Part shown: piece after piece, positions 8,865 to 17,662 of the stretch
Layout of the letters: each line of letters begins with the position of its first letter
How positions within the stretch are numbered: position 1 is the stretch's first letter
Source of the DNA: a virus
Taxonomy: Duplodnaviria; Caudoviricetes
IMG/VR virus record: IMGVR_UViG_3300028832_000097
Location: 64,001 to 128,000 of that record
Reading direction: 5' to 3' (one strand)
Length of the DNA stretch: 64,000 bases
Position numbers and translations under genes: made by a program
The notes under the pieces: model-generated
What the model was told of the DNA's origin: nothing
The model's database searches: none
The model's input: the letters and a program-made list of their open reading frames with translations, nothing else

Positions 8865-9502
8865 ACTTCTTGCCTCTTCACAAAATAATTCAGTTGCTTA
8901 TTCCAATATCTTAACCATTCATCTAATGTACTCTGAACATCAGATGTCTGATTAGGATATGCAAATGTTATTGCATCTATGTATGATTGAATATAGCGAG
9001 TTATGATATCCAAACTCTCCTGAAATTCGTAAGACTGTACCTTGATATATTCGTTACACCATTCAGGTTCCGGTACTGCACCGCACTTTTCTACCAGTAG
9101 CTCACCCAAAGTATCAATCTCCTTGATAAGCTCCTCATACATCTCTTCTGAAAGTAGATGGAGCTTCATCATATCATTGCCCTTCGCCATCCAATGTAAA
9201 ATGTATAAGTTACGATACATTGTGATTCCGGACTTGAATGCTTGATCTAAGCTTTCACACGGATCAATAGGGCAATCTGCACATTTCTTAATATCAAAAC
9301 CTTCATCGTCTACAACTACAGCAAAGGTCTGTGGAGAAGTAGTTAAAGCATTACAAAATTCAGGGCTTTCAACTAAGCACTCTACATCGTCTAAAGTATC
9401 TGAAGGACTATAATTGGAATTTAGGCCTAATATGCTAACCTCATTTGAACATTCTATTTTATGAAGTTTGATTAGGAATTTATTAGAATATAATTTATCC
9501 AT
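8861..9502 (-). CDS. Dps/ferritin-like protein with N-terminal extension
   Basis: LHWMAKGNDMMKLHLLSEEMYEELIKEIDTLGE matches the Dps signature HW..G....LH...EE.Y.......D...E. Confidence 0.8.
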   Translation of the reverse strand: MDKLYSNKFLIKLHKIECSNEVSILGLNSNYSPSDTLDDVECLVESPEFCNALTTSPQTFAVVVDDEGFDIKKCADCPIDPCESLDQAFKSGITMYRNLYILHWMAKGNDMMKLHLLSEEMYEELIKEIDTLGELLVEKCGAVPEPEWCNEYIKVQSYEFQESLDIITRYIQSYIDAITFAYPNQTSDVQSTLDEWLRYWNKQLNYFVKRQEV

Positions 9503-9556
9503 ATGTTGTGCCTCTCCTATTCATTGTATTTTTTAACACTGTATAAATGTATCTTT

Positions 9557-9796
9557 TTATTCAAACACCTCATATAATTCATATGCATCTTCTGTATGAT
9601 CAGTAACTTTAGCTTGTCGTATCCAGTCATAATATTTCTTAGGTAAGGTTATTCCATCGTATGTTCGTTTCTTCCACCCTGCACCATTAGTATAATTTAC
9701 TGTATACATATCATATCCCTGAGATTTATCTACAGAGTGTACTATGTAAGATACTTCATAAGGGATTGCTTCTGATGATCTAATGTATCTTTTCAT
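9557..9796 (-). CDS. Leader-tagged small protein
   Basis: N-terminus MKRYIRSS. Confidence 0.7.
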   Translation of the reverse strand: MKRYIRSSEAIPYEVSYIVHSVDKSQGYDMYTVNYTNGAGWKKRTYDGITLPKKYYDWIRQAKVTDHTEDAYELYEVFE

Positions 9797-9799
9797 AAA

Positions 9800-10246
9800 T
9801 TAATCTCCAAAATCAAAATTATCTAATACATGATTACCTGTCAAATTAGGAACATAATAATGTGAACTAGGTATTACATCATATCTTTGATTTGCAATAC
9901 TGAATTCCTCTGCAATCAGCTTTATTGCATTTTTATCTTCCGCAATTTCTTGACTACAGATTATTTCAAACACTTGTGACCTAATATCATAAACTACTCG
10001 ACCTCTTTCTATTGATCGGTACCCTTTTGGTATCATATCAATAGCTCCAGGTAACTGCTTTTTAATAATAGATTCCCATTCAGTTATATGATTTTTTGTT
10101 TTGCTGAATTGTAGATAACCTCGGTCATCAACAGCATCTTCAATAGGGCAATATTCACCAACAACAGTATTGTCATAAAACCACCAGATACCTACATTAC
10201 CCTCGTGTTGAGGCTTTTCTTCTACTGTTCTGATGTATCTTTTCAT
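9800..10246 (-). CDS. Leader-tagged hypothetical protein
   Basis: Start re-assigned to ATG 10246: MKRYIRTVEE; body GIWW...H...W...RGRVVYD. Confidence 0.7.
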   Translation of the reverse strand: MKRYIRTVEEKPQHEGNVGIWWFYDNTVVGEYCPIEDAVDDRGYLQFSKTKNHITEWESIIKKQLPGAIDMIPKGYRSIERGRVVYDIRSQVFEIICSQEIAEDKNAIKLIAEEFSIANQRYDVIPSSHYYVPNLTGNHVLDNFDFGD

Positions 10247-10254
10247 GCTGACCC

Positions 10255-10485
10255 TCACAAAGTGACTAATTGAGAACCGTCTCCGAAACTTTCGTAAGTC
10301 TCTTCAGCAGTCCCATCTTTCCAGTAGTAGTTGATACGCACACGATCATTTGATTGAAGTGTTTCTGTTTTGATATAATCACTGGACGCATCTAGGGTGA
10401 TTACGACATCCTCGCCGTCTTGATTAGTACCTGTAACTACTGAGTTTCCGTTAAGTAAGTCTAATAAATACTCATAAGTTATCAT
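10255..10485 (-). CDS. Hypothetical protein
   Basis: ORF with GAGG RBS. Confidence 0.65.
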   Translation of the reverse strand: MITYEYLLDLLNGNSVVTGTNQDGEDVVITLDASSDYIKTETLQSNDRVRINYYWKDGTAEETYESFGDGSQLVTL

Positions 10486-10502
10486 AGTAAACCCTCATGT
10501 AT

Positions 10503-10871
10503 CTATAAACATATGTAAGGTTGGCTTCCGTGAGGTCTAACACCAAAAATATCCTTATGCCAATCAGAGTAATAGTCCCAAGTATGTGGGTCAATCTCTC
10601 CGTAAGATTTTCCAGAAATATGCTCGTTGACCCATGCGTTAAACTTATCAATATTCTCGTTGTAGTATTCCTCATCAGAAATAGCAGTGAGATTAGAGTA
10701 TGTTGCATAAGCTGCATCCCATATGTTATACTCATCAATGTACCCATTGCAGTCTAACACTGCGGTAACTTTCTGCATGAGAACCTTGCGATCCTGACAA
10801 GACATCTTCATGATATCCTCATAGCTAACTGTGTACTCTTTAATGAGCTGATCTAATATGATGTTATTCAT
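10503..10871 (-). CDS. Hypothetical (probably early) protein
   Basis: ATG 10871 with GAGGAGG RBS; C-terminal YYSDWHKDIFGVRPH; early-type promoter upstream. Confidence 0.7.
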   Translation of the reverse strand: MNNIILDQLIKEYTVSYEDIMKMSCQDRKVLMQKVTAVLDCNGYIDEYNIWDAAYATYSNLTAISDEEYYNENIDKFNAWVNEHISGKSYGEIDPHTWDYYSDWHKDIFGVRPHGSQPYICL

Positions 10872-10910
10872 AGTAACAACCTCCTCTTGGAACATTGATG
10901 TATATTGTTA

Positions 10911-10952
10911 ATTATAGACGGATGGTCCAGGAATTAAAAGAGAGAATTTTGG
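10911..10952 (-). promoter_or_regulatory. Putative early promoter, copy 1
   Basis: CCAAAATT-ctc-TCTTTTAATT-N11-CGTCTATAAT; same conserved blocks at 61623-61663. Confidence 0.7.
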
Positions 10953-10961
10953 AAAATAATA

Positions 10962-10999
10962 AAATTCAAATAATTCCTGTCGAAAGATTGGTCTATTTT
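10962..10999 (+). repeat. Left copy of ~40 bp imperfect inverted repeat flanking the 636-aa gene
   Basis: AAATTCAAATAATTCCTGTCGAAAGATTGGTCTATTTT versus the reverse complement of 13003-13042; 14-bp exact core TCCTGTCGAAAGAT. Confidence 0.8.
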
Positions 11000-12908
11000 A
11001 TTTTGTTACATGAATCACATATTCGTTGTTCACGCCTAAATGACTTTTGTTTTGAATAGTTTCAACAACGTATTTTTCCCAACCCGGATCAACTACCTTA
11101 CAAACCATAGTAGCATCTACGAAGTTAGGCGCATTTTTCATTGCGATTTCAAGCCATTGACATTGTGTTAAGGATTGTGCAGATTCGTCAAATCCTTCGA
11201 AATTGTAATCTTCAAAACACCTACCAGTATTTGGATCAGAATATGGTGGGCAAATAAATATAGAACATGATTTGTCTGTTTTGAATTCACGACCGTCACA
11301 CCATTCAATATGTGTTTTACCTACTTCATCATACCATTGTACCAGGTCTTTATTGTAGTCACAAGCAATATATTCTCTGTTGAGTTCTTTACAAGCATCG
11401 GCTCTAGCGCCCCAACCTGCAGCTAGGTCGTATATGTTGTCACTGCTACAGTAGTTTGTTATGAGTGATTTTGCACGCTCTTTGCTAAACCATGAAGGCT
11501 GTTTACATGTTCGTGTTACATTCATCGCAGTTAGTATTTGTTTGCTATCTATGAACCCACCAGAATAGTTAATACGATTGAGTATCATTTTCCAACGAAT
11601 TTCAGGATCATAAAACGCTTCATGTGAACTTAATTTTCCATCTACTCTTACATCGTAGAAGCATTTTGGGCGATCTTTAGCATACGGAAACTTTGGACTT
11701 TCTTTGAATAATTCAAAATCTACGCCTATTAAAGGATTAGGGCATTTATCTGAATATTTTAACCCATTGGATTCACTACTATTCGGCTGACCAAATATCG
11801 AATTCACCTTATCAGTTTTATCTGTGATAACAATGACATGATTCTGCCTATATACATCTAATTTTGCAGATATTGGTACTGTCTGTGCATAATCATACAC
11901 TCCATCTAATAAATGTGGACCTTTGACTTCAAGTAGTATATTATCTACTTTGAAATCAATAAGTGTAATGTGTTGTTTACCTGCATATTCAAATGTTAAG
12001 GGCACTTGTGTCTCAATATTGTCGTAGCCTAGATTCAACAAGAAATTATAGAACTGTAATTCGTAATTACTATCAAACCGCTTACCGTCCTTTGCAATAT
12101 TATTTTCTTTATTCAACATCATTCTCTTATGAATCTCTGGAGATTGTGACACATACTCTACCCCAAATTTCTCTCTGTTAGTGTCCTTAGATTTCTGCTT
12201 GACTTCATCTAATTGAAATACATTATCTACACCCTTGTTTTTGAGTGTTTCCGCCCGCTTGTTTTTAACTACTTCAGAAGATAAAAAATGTCTAGTCCCA
12301 TAGTTTTCTAATGAAGTTGCCTTAACTCTTTGTTTATACTCGTCTGTTTGCGTGTACCAATCAACTCCATGCTTCTTTCGATTAGTTTCCTTGATTTTTT
12401 CTACAGAACTATGAAGTTGCATAGGATTATCAACCCCGTGTTTTGATTGCATAGTGTTCCGAAGTGTAGATACCATAGCTTCAATATCCTTATTTTCAGA
12501 AGCTAACTTATACCTACATGTCTTACTACAAGTTTTAACACTAGAATCTCGCCTTACATCTATTTCAAATTGATTACCGCACACTGCGCAAGTTTGATAA
12601 TGCGGATTCTTGCAATAAACATCTCTAACAGAGGATGGCTCAAATTCTTCACCACACCACTTACATATCTTTTTAGAAAGTTTTGCAGAAGTCTCACGCT
12701 TGGATTTTATAAACGCAACTTGGCATTTTTCACTACAAGTTTGCTTTGTATCGGAAGTAGTACAATGTGTTTCAAATTCATTTCCGCAATAAGCACATTT
12801 CCGCAAAATGATAGAATTACAACACTTCTGTCTAGTGGAATTTGGATGGAATCGCTTACCGCACAATATACATGTATACAGCAAATCTGGATCAACTATC
12901 TTTCCCAT
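10998..12908 (-). CDS. Fusion: CxxC Zn-finger repeats + (K)xGV repeats + PD-(D/E)XK endonuclease + amino-DNA-methyltransferase-like domain
   Basis: Multiple CxxCGxxF/CSxxC; KHGVDNP, NYGTRH, KFGVEY repeats; FDSNYE...IDFKVDNILLEVKG; YDLAAGWGAR (SAM-binding motif I) and FICPPY (motif IV-like). Confidence 0.75.
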   Translation of the reverse strand: MGKIVDPDLLYTCILCGKRFHPNSTRQKCCNSIILRKCAYCGNEFETHCTTSDTKQTCSEKCQVAFIKSKRETSAKLSKKICKWCGEEFEPSSVRDVYCKNPHYQTCAVCGNQFEIDVRRDSSVKTCSKTCRYKLASENKDIEAMVSTLRNTMQSKHGVDNPMQLHSSVEKIKETNRKKHGVDWYTQTDEYKQRVKATSLENYGTRHFLSSEVVKNKRAETLKNKGVDNVFQLDEVKQKSKDTNREKFGVEYVSQSPEIHKRMMLNKENNIAKDGKRFDSNYELQFYNFLLNLGYDNIETQVPLTFEYAGKQHITLIDFKVDNILLEVKGPHLLDGVYDYAQTVPISAKLDVYRQNHVIVITDKTDKVNSIFGQPNSSESNGLKYSDKCPNPLIGVDFELFKESPKFPYAKDRPKCFYDVRVDGKLSSHEAFYDPEIRWKMILNRINYSGGFIDSKQILTAMNVTRTCKQPSWFSKERAKSLITNYCSSDNIYDLAAGWGARADACKELNREYIACDYNKDLVQWYDEVGKTHIEWCDGREFKTDKSCSIFICPPYSDPNTGRCFEDYNFEGFDESAQSLTQCQWLEIAMKNAPNFVDATMVCKVVDPGWEKYVVETIQNKSHLGVNNEYVIHVTK

Positions 12909-12997
12909 AATGCAAGGACCTCCTGTTATATGTATAATAACGATTTTATAGAAGGTTTTGAATAGAGGTGATATTCAGCGGTACTCTGTTTTATTAC

Positions 12998-13042
12998 AAA
13001 AAAAAATAGGTCCCATCTTTCGACAGGACCTACTTTGAATTT
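12998..13042 (-). terminator. Major capsid gene terminator, overlapping the right copy of the inverted repeat
   Basis: TAGGTCCTGTC-GAAA-GATGGGACCTA-T9. Confidence 0.9.
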
Positions 13043-13097
13043 CAGATTCTATATAATAAACGAGGGTGAGAAAAGTTTAACTTAGAATCTTTCCTTA

Positions 13098-14570
13098 TCA
13101 GAATACGCCGAGGATCTTACCGCTGACGATTGTATCAGGGTTGACAATCTTTGTGCCGTACATCGTACAATATCCTTGTTGTACAGAGCTATTAGCAAGA
13201 CCAATTGCATCCGTATTTGTCAGAGGCATATATTCTCCGAAGAGAGCACTGTTTCTTCTGATGTCTGCGGACTTGCAGCACATTACCCAAGTATCAGGCT
13301 GATAGTTAGGATCAACGATGATATCGAAGTTGTCAAGTCTACCGGACTTGTAAGGACCAACGTTCTCAGAAGCGCCTTCTGCTACGAAACCGTTCACCAT
13401 ACCAAGGTATGTGTTAACGTTTGTACCAACGATGAGCTTGTTAGGCTGAGCAAGTCTTGTTGATTGATAGATAGAAGCAGCTGCCTGGTTCAGCTTAAGC
13501 TTGAACATGTTGAGGTAATCAGAAGGTACTACAGAACCTGAAAGTACAGGAGAAGCATCGAAGTTGAACTGAGGCTTCAATGTAGCAGCATCTGCGAGTT
13601 CCTTGAAGCAAGCAGAGTTGATCTCAGCTGTGAGCTCTGAGAAAGCAGCTTCCTTAGCGATGTCGCCGATGTTTGCACCGTATTCCTGCTGAGCAGCAAA
13701 TGCGGAGAAGACAGACCAATAGCAAGCAAGCTGATGAGCTTCTGCTACCATGTTGATCTCATCAAGCTGGAGGTAGCCCTTACCCATCTGTGCGCCATAC
13801 TCATAACCGTAACCACCGTTACCAGGTACACGAGGACCAACGTTCTCGTTGTCGTACTGATATGTACCGGATACTACGTTACCAGCAGCAGCGGCGATAA
13901 CACCAGAAGAGAAGCTAATAGCGCCTGTTGAATAATTGATGTAACCTACAGGTGTTGTAGAACCGCTCTGGCAAAGATTTCCGTTACCGTCATCAACGAA
14001 GAGTGTTGTTGCACCAGATGCTGTGTACTTGATTGTAACAGAATTAGGAAGTACAGGAGTATAAACGAGAACCTGTGAGTCTGTGATAGCTGTACCCTCA
14101 GACATGATTTCGTTCTTTACAACCCTACCTGTGAAGTTAGGATCAATACCCTGTCTGTTTGCGAAAGGACTAGAGAATACATCTCCTGCCTTTGTTTCGC
14201 CCTTTGTATTCTCAGCGATGAACTTGAAGTAAGGAATGAGCTGCTGACGAGACTTCATTGCAACTGAACCAAATACGTCAAGAACGAGGAGCTTCTGTAC
14301 GAAGAGAGGAAGCAGCTCAAGGAAATCAGGACGAGCCATGATGTTTGTTGTGTTAGTAGCAGCTGTAACGGGCTGGAGCTGTCTAGCGTTAGCCTTTAAC
14401 TGCATAGCAAACTTTCTCTGCTCGGGAGAAAGGCTTGCCATAATAGAAGATGAAGGTGTTGTAACCTTGCGAGGAGCTGCAGCAGAAGTAACACTTCTAG
14501 AAGCCATGATAGGTCTTCTTGCATAGCTAGCAGGAGCAGCAGCTCTACGTGTAACTTTAGTAATAGCCAT
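13098..14570 (-). CDS. Major capsid protein (T4 gp23-like) with basic N-terminal propeptide
   Basis: VAMKSRQQLIPYFKF, L.CYWS.FS..AAQQEYG, ELTAEIN, GEYMPL, YCTMYG pattern of the gp23 family; follows the protease gene; strong terminator. Confidence 0.88.
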   Translation of the reverse strand: MAITKVTRRAAAPASYARRPIMASRSVTSAAAPRKVTTPSSSIMASLSPEQRKFAMQLKANARQLQPVTAATNTTNIMARPDFLELLPLFVQKLLVLDVFGSVAMKSRQQLIPYFKFIAENTKGETKAGDVFSSPFANRQGIDPNFTGRVVKNEIMSEGTAITDSQVLVYTPVLPNSVTIKYTASGATTLFVDDGNGNLCQSGSTTPVGYINYSTGAISFSSGVIAAAAGNVVSGTYQYDNENVGPRVPGNGGYGYEYGAQMGKGYLQLDEINMVAEAHQLACYWSVFSAFAAQQEYGANIGDIAKEAAFSELTAEINSACFKELADAATLKPQFNFDASPVLSGSVVPSDYLNMFKLKLNQAAASIYQSTRLAQPNKLIVGTNVNTYLGMVNGFVAEGASENVGPYKSGRLDNFDIIVDPNYQPDTWVMCCKSADIRRNSALFGEYMPLTNTDAIGLANSSVQQGYCTMYGTKIVNPDTIVSGKILGVF

Positions 14571-14595
14571 GTTGATTCTCCTTTAAAGAATTATA

Positions 14596-16080
14596 TTATA
14601 GTGTAACAAGTCCGTCGTCTGTATCACCTAATGAGGAAATCTCCTGCATAGCAGTTTCTTCAATAGCTGTTGTCGACTTAATCATCTGCTTCAATTGCGA
14701 AACAGAAGTCGAACCTGTTACAGCGACGTTGTTTAGAGATACTCCAACTGCGCTTGCGTAGAGATTAGCATAAGCATCTTGGTACTCCGCAATGATCTTA
14801 TGTGCAGACTCTAATTCAGATCTAAGGTGTGAAAGCTCTGCATCTCGGTTTGATGAGGCAGTTTGGATACTACGTGCAGCAGTGACAGTTTCATTGAGCT
14901 TCGTTTCCAGATCTGCAATGTTATCTTCCTTAGCCTGAATGGCTTGCGTAGAGGATTGGATCTTCTGTTTATATTTAAGGTTATCAGCCTTTAATATATC
15001 GATTTCTTTCTGCAACGCTTCTATTTTATTAGCATATTTTGAAGATTGCGTGTCCATTGTAGCTTGTATATCTTGAGATGCTGTAATAGATCTCTTCAAC
15101 TCTTGATTATTCTTAGCGATTTGAGATTCTAAAACAGAAACTTTATCACGGAGTTTTGTAGATGCTTGAATTGCTTTAGCCCGGTCACTAGAAATAGATG
15201 CTAACTGCATGTCCATATCATGTAACTGTGCGGACATTATCCTTTCCATTGTCTTCTGTTTACGCTTATGAGCCTTAGATTCATCGGCAAGTGACTTCTT
15301 AAGAGATGCAATAACTACATCTTTTTCTTTACATGCTTGCGAAGCTTCTACATAAAGTTCTGTAAGTGCTTCAATCTTATTACCTTCGACATCAACTACA
15401 TCTTCTAGTTCTTCAGAAGTAATTGCTGCCTTCTTTGCTTCAAGTTTTCTAAATGTATCAGACTGCCTAGCAAAACATGACTGAATAACTTCAATGGACT
15501 CCTTTGTATTAAGACCATCTATGTTATTATCAACTGCTGCACAAATCTTCTTATATTTCTGCCTACTTTCGGTATCAGTAGCTGCAGCAATTTCAGTAAA
15601 TGTTGGAATTGATTCAGGGAATGCAGGGAATGTTACAATATCAAACCCGCGGAATACAAATGTTTCAGGATCAACGGAATTACCTACAATATCTCCTGCA
15701 CCTCTAACAGAGATTCCAAATGTTACTCCTGCATCAATGAATGTTTTTACTATTCTACCAACAGGAGTGTCAACAAGGTCAAATTTTCCATATATTTTAC
15801 CACTATCATCAATATGACCTTCAGTCATAACGATACAAGCATCTTGGAAGTTCATACAATTAGGATCTTCCGGATGTCCGAGATAGCCAATATACCATTT
15901 TTTCTCAATTGCCTCTTTGTAATCATCCGATTTAAATACGTTCTCCCATACCTCACGAGTAATGTCTAATCCATTTTTATTCGTGATGTTTGCATCAGCG
16001 CATTCGCCTTCAAATGTCCCTAAGATTGCTTTGTCCTTTACATCTGCAACAATTGGAGATTTAACTGCCATATTACTCAC
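14596..16080 (-). CDS. Prohead core protease (T4 gp21-like) fused to a coiled-coil scaffold
   Basis: ITNKNG, GYLGHP (His), TPVGRIVK, FGISVRGAG (Ser), FDIVTFPA; ~300-aa helical C-terminus. Confidence 0.88.
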   Translation of the reverse strand: MSNMAVKSPIVADVKDKAILGTFEGECADANITNKNGLDITREVWENVFKSDDYKEAIEKKWYIGYLGHPEDPNCMNFQDACIVMTEGHIDDSGKIYGKFDLVDTPVGRIVKTFIDAGVTFGISVRGAGDIVGNSVDPETFVFRGFDIVTFPAFPESIPTFTEIAAATDTESRQKYKKICAAVDNNIDGLNTKESIEVIQSCFARQSDTFRKLEAKKAAITSEELEDVVDVEGNKIEALTELYVEASQACKEKDVVIASLKKSLADESKAHKRKQKTMERIMSAQLHDMDMQLASISSDRAKAIQASTKLRDKVSVLESQIAKNNQELKRSITASQDIQATMDTQSSKYANKIEALQKEIDILKADNLKYKQKIQSSTQAIQAKEDNIADLETKLNETVTAARSIQTASSNRDAELSHLRSELESAHKIIAEYQDAYANLYASAVGVSLNNVAVTGSTSVSQLKQMIKSTTAIEETAMQEISSLGDTDDGLVTL

Positions 16081-16084
16081 CTCT

Positions 16085-16429
16085 TTATTTTAGTAGTTTA
16101 CTTGATAGTCTAATCATACCACCAAGTAATAATGTTTTGATTGCTTCTTTAATTATACCAGATTCAATGTATTCATCACCGGATGCATCTTCAGAATCTT
16201 CAACTAAATCTTCATATACTTCGTCGTTGATATCTGCAATAGTATTAAGTGCAGTTTCATCTACAACTACTTCTGCCTGTGCAGTCTTCAATATATAATA
16301 TGAATCATCTACTTGTAGCTGTATATTGCCATCAAGTGTTTCTGAAATTGCGAGAGAATGCTCGTCAAATTCTGGTATCTGCGAAAGAAGTTCAAGTAAT
16401 GCAGATGATGTGAAAACTAGTTCTTCCAT
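16085..16429 (-). CDS. Acidic hypothetical head-module protein
   Basis: ORF with GGAGG RBS next to the protease. Confidence 0.65.
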   Translation of the reverse strand: MEELVFTSSALLELLSQIPEFDEHSLAISETLDGNIQLQVDDSYYILKTAQAEVVVDETALNTIADINDEVYEDLVEDSEDASGDEYIESGIIKEAIKTLLLGGMIRLSSKLLK

Positions 16430-16444
16430 ATCAATAATGCCTCC

Positions 16445-17320
16445 TTATGTATCTAACGGGTAGTATATATTATCACCGTCTTCTTCAGGAAGCCCGGCAA
16501 GCTGAGAAACACTACCAATCTGTATCTTCCATATAACTTGTACAACCTGGTTAACACCAACACGTAATATGTTTTGCTTAAGTAACTGACGATTAGCTTC
16601 AACAGTCATGTCCCAATCGCTAACATTAGGAGGTACAATTCTATAAGCTGCAAGTAATCCGTTATCTCCACTATCTACCCAAGTTTTTCTCGACCACATA
16701 CCTACTTCAGAAATGAATACATAGTCCTTACCGTCTTCCCTAAATTGCTTCAGAGCACCGGTTGATATCATTGTACTAAAAACAACATCGATTGTTTCAG
16801 GTAATTCGGATTGTGACTCAGGAAGTGTATCTCTATAAGAAATCAACGACCTAGGGAATGATTCAGAAATGAGTTCACATTTAACTGTGTGAGATGGATC
16901 AGGACGATTTTCAAATGTAGGTCCTAATCCTAAATATTCTCTTCCATTGTTTTCATTTGGATCATATCCATCTGCTCCATACCCTGGGACGTGTCGCATG
17001 TATTCAGCGAAACGAACTTCCTCAGCACCTTCCCCATCACCAACACCTTCCGGCAATCCAGATGCATCCTCATCTTGATTGAATAATCCCATTGTACCTA
17101 AAGATATGTAGCGTGGTACATAGTTTTTCAGCATCTCGTATCCTTGGTTAAGGACACCATCACCTGAAAGGTAATGCGCAATACCTAATAACATAGAGTT
17201 TGTTGCACAATTATGACCTTCGTGCGATTGTAGTATCTTACCAGTCCTTTGATCTAATACATTGATCGAAAGATTGTGAGATATTCCTAAATTTTTACCT
17301 GCTTCTAATATGCTATTCAT
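16445..17320 (-). CDS. Putative virion structural protein
   Basis: EGHN.AT...YISLGT...ISEVGMW pattern seen in baseplate/tail-collar-type proteins; structural context. Confidence 0.55.
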   Translation of the reverse strand: MNSILEAGKNLGISHNLSINVLDQRTGKILQSHEGHNCATNSMLLGIAHYLSGDGVLNQGYEMLKNYVPRYISLGTMGLFNQDEDASGLPEGVGDGEGAEEVRFAEYMRHVPGYGADGYDPNENNGREYLGLGPTFENRPDPSHTVKCELISESFPRSLISYRDTLPESQSELPETIDVVFSTMISTGALKQFREDGKDYVFISEVGMWSRKTWVDSGDNGLLAAYRIVPPNVSDWDMTVEANRQLLKQNILRVGVNQVVQVIWKIQIGSVSQLAGLPEEDGDNIYYPLDT

Positions 17321-17595
17321 GGTACCTCAGTATCCGTAGACGACTCATCATGTAAGTTTATTTTTGCATACCTATAAGAATTTACACCGCCTACAATCAG
17401 CTCATGATATCTAGGAGATAATTCAGGTAACTCCCTATCTGTTGCTTGTATTCTACGATGTAAATTTGGATGAGTATACCCTAAAGCATCTTTAGCAAGG
17501 GCTTCTGCATCAGCAGGAACCGCAAGTCCTTGTGCCATAGGCTCAATAACATGTACGTTACCTTCGGCATCTGTAAATGTAATTGCATCAGCCAT
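17317..17595 (-). CDS. Hypothetical protein
   Basis: ATG 17595 with GAGG RBS; putative late promoter at 17628-17633. Confidence 0.6.
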   Translation of the reverse strand: MADAITFTDAEGNVHVIEPMAQGLAVPADAEALAKDALGYTHPNLHRRIQATDRELPELSPRYHELIVGGVNSYRYAKINLHDESSTDTEVP

Positions 17596-17627
17596 ACTCA
17601 ACCTCATTATTATAGATACTATGATAC

Positions 17628-17633
17628 AAGGTT
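17628..17633 (-). promoter_or_regulatory. Class-B motif AACCTTnnnT (representative copy, before the head operon)
   Basis: Copies also at 2890, 6120, 10517, 12952, 22766, 26850, 40845 and 44422; variant CACCTT at 36584. Confidence 0.55.
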
Positions 17634-17662
17634 GTAGAATGCGTATAATTATAATTACATTA

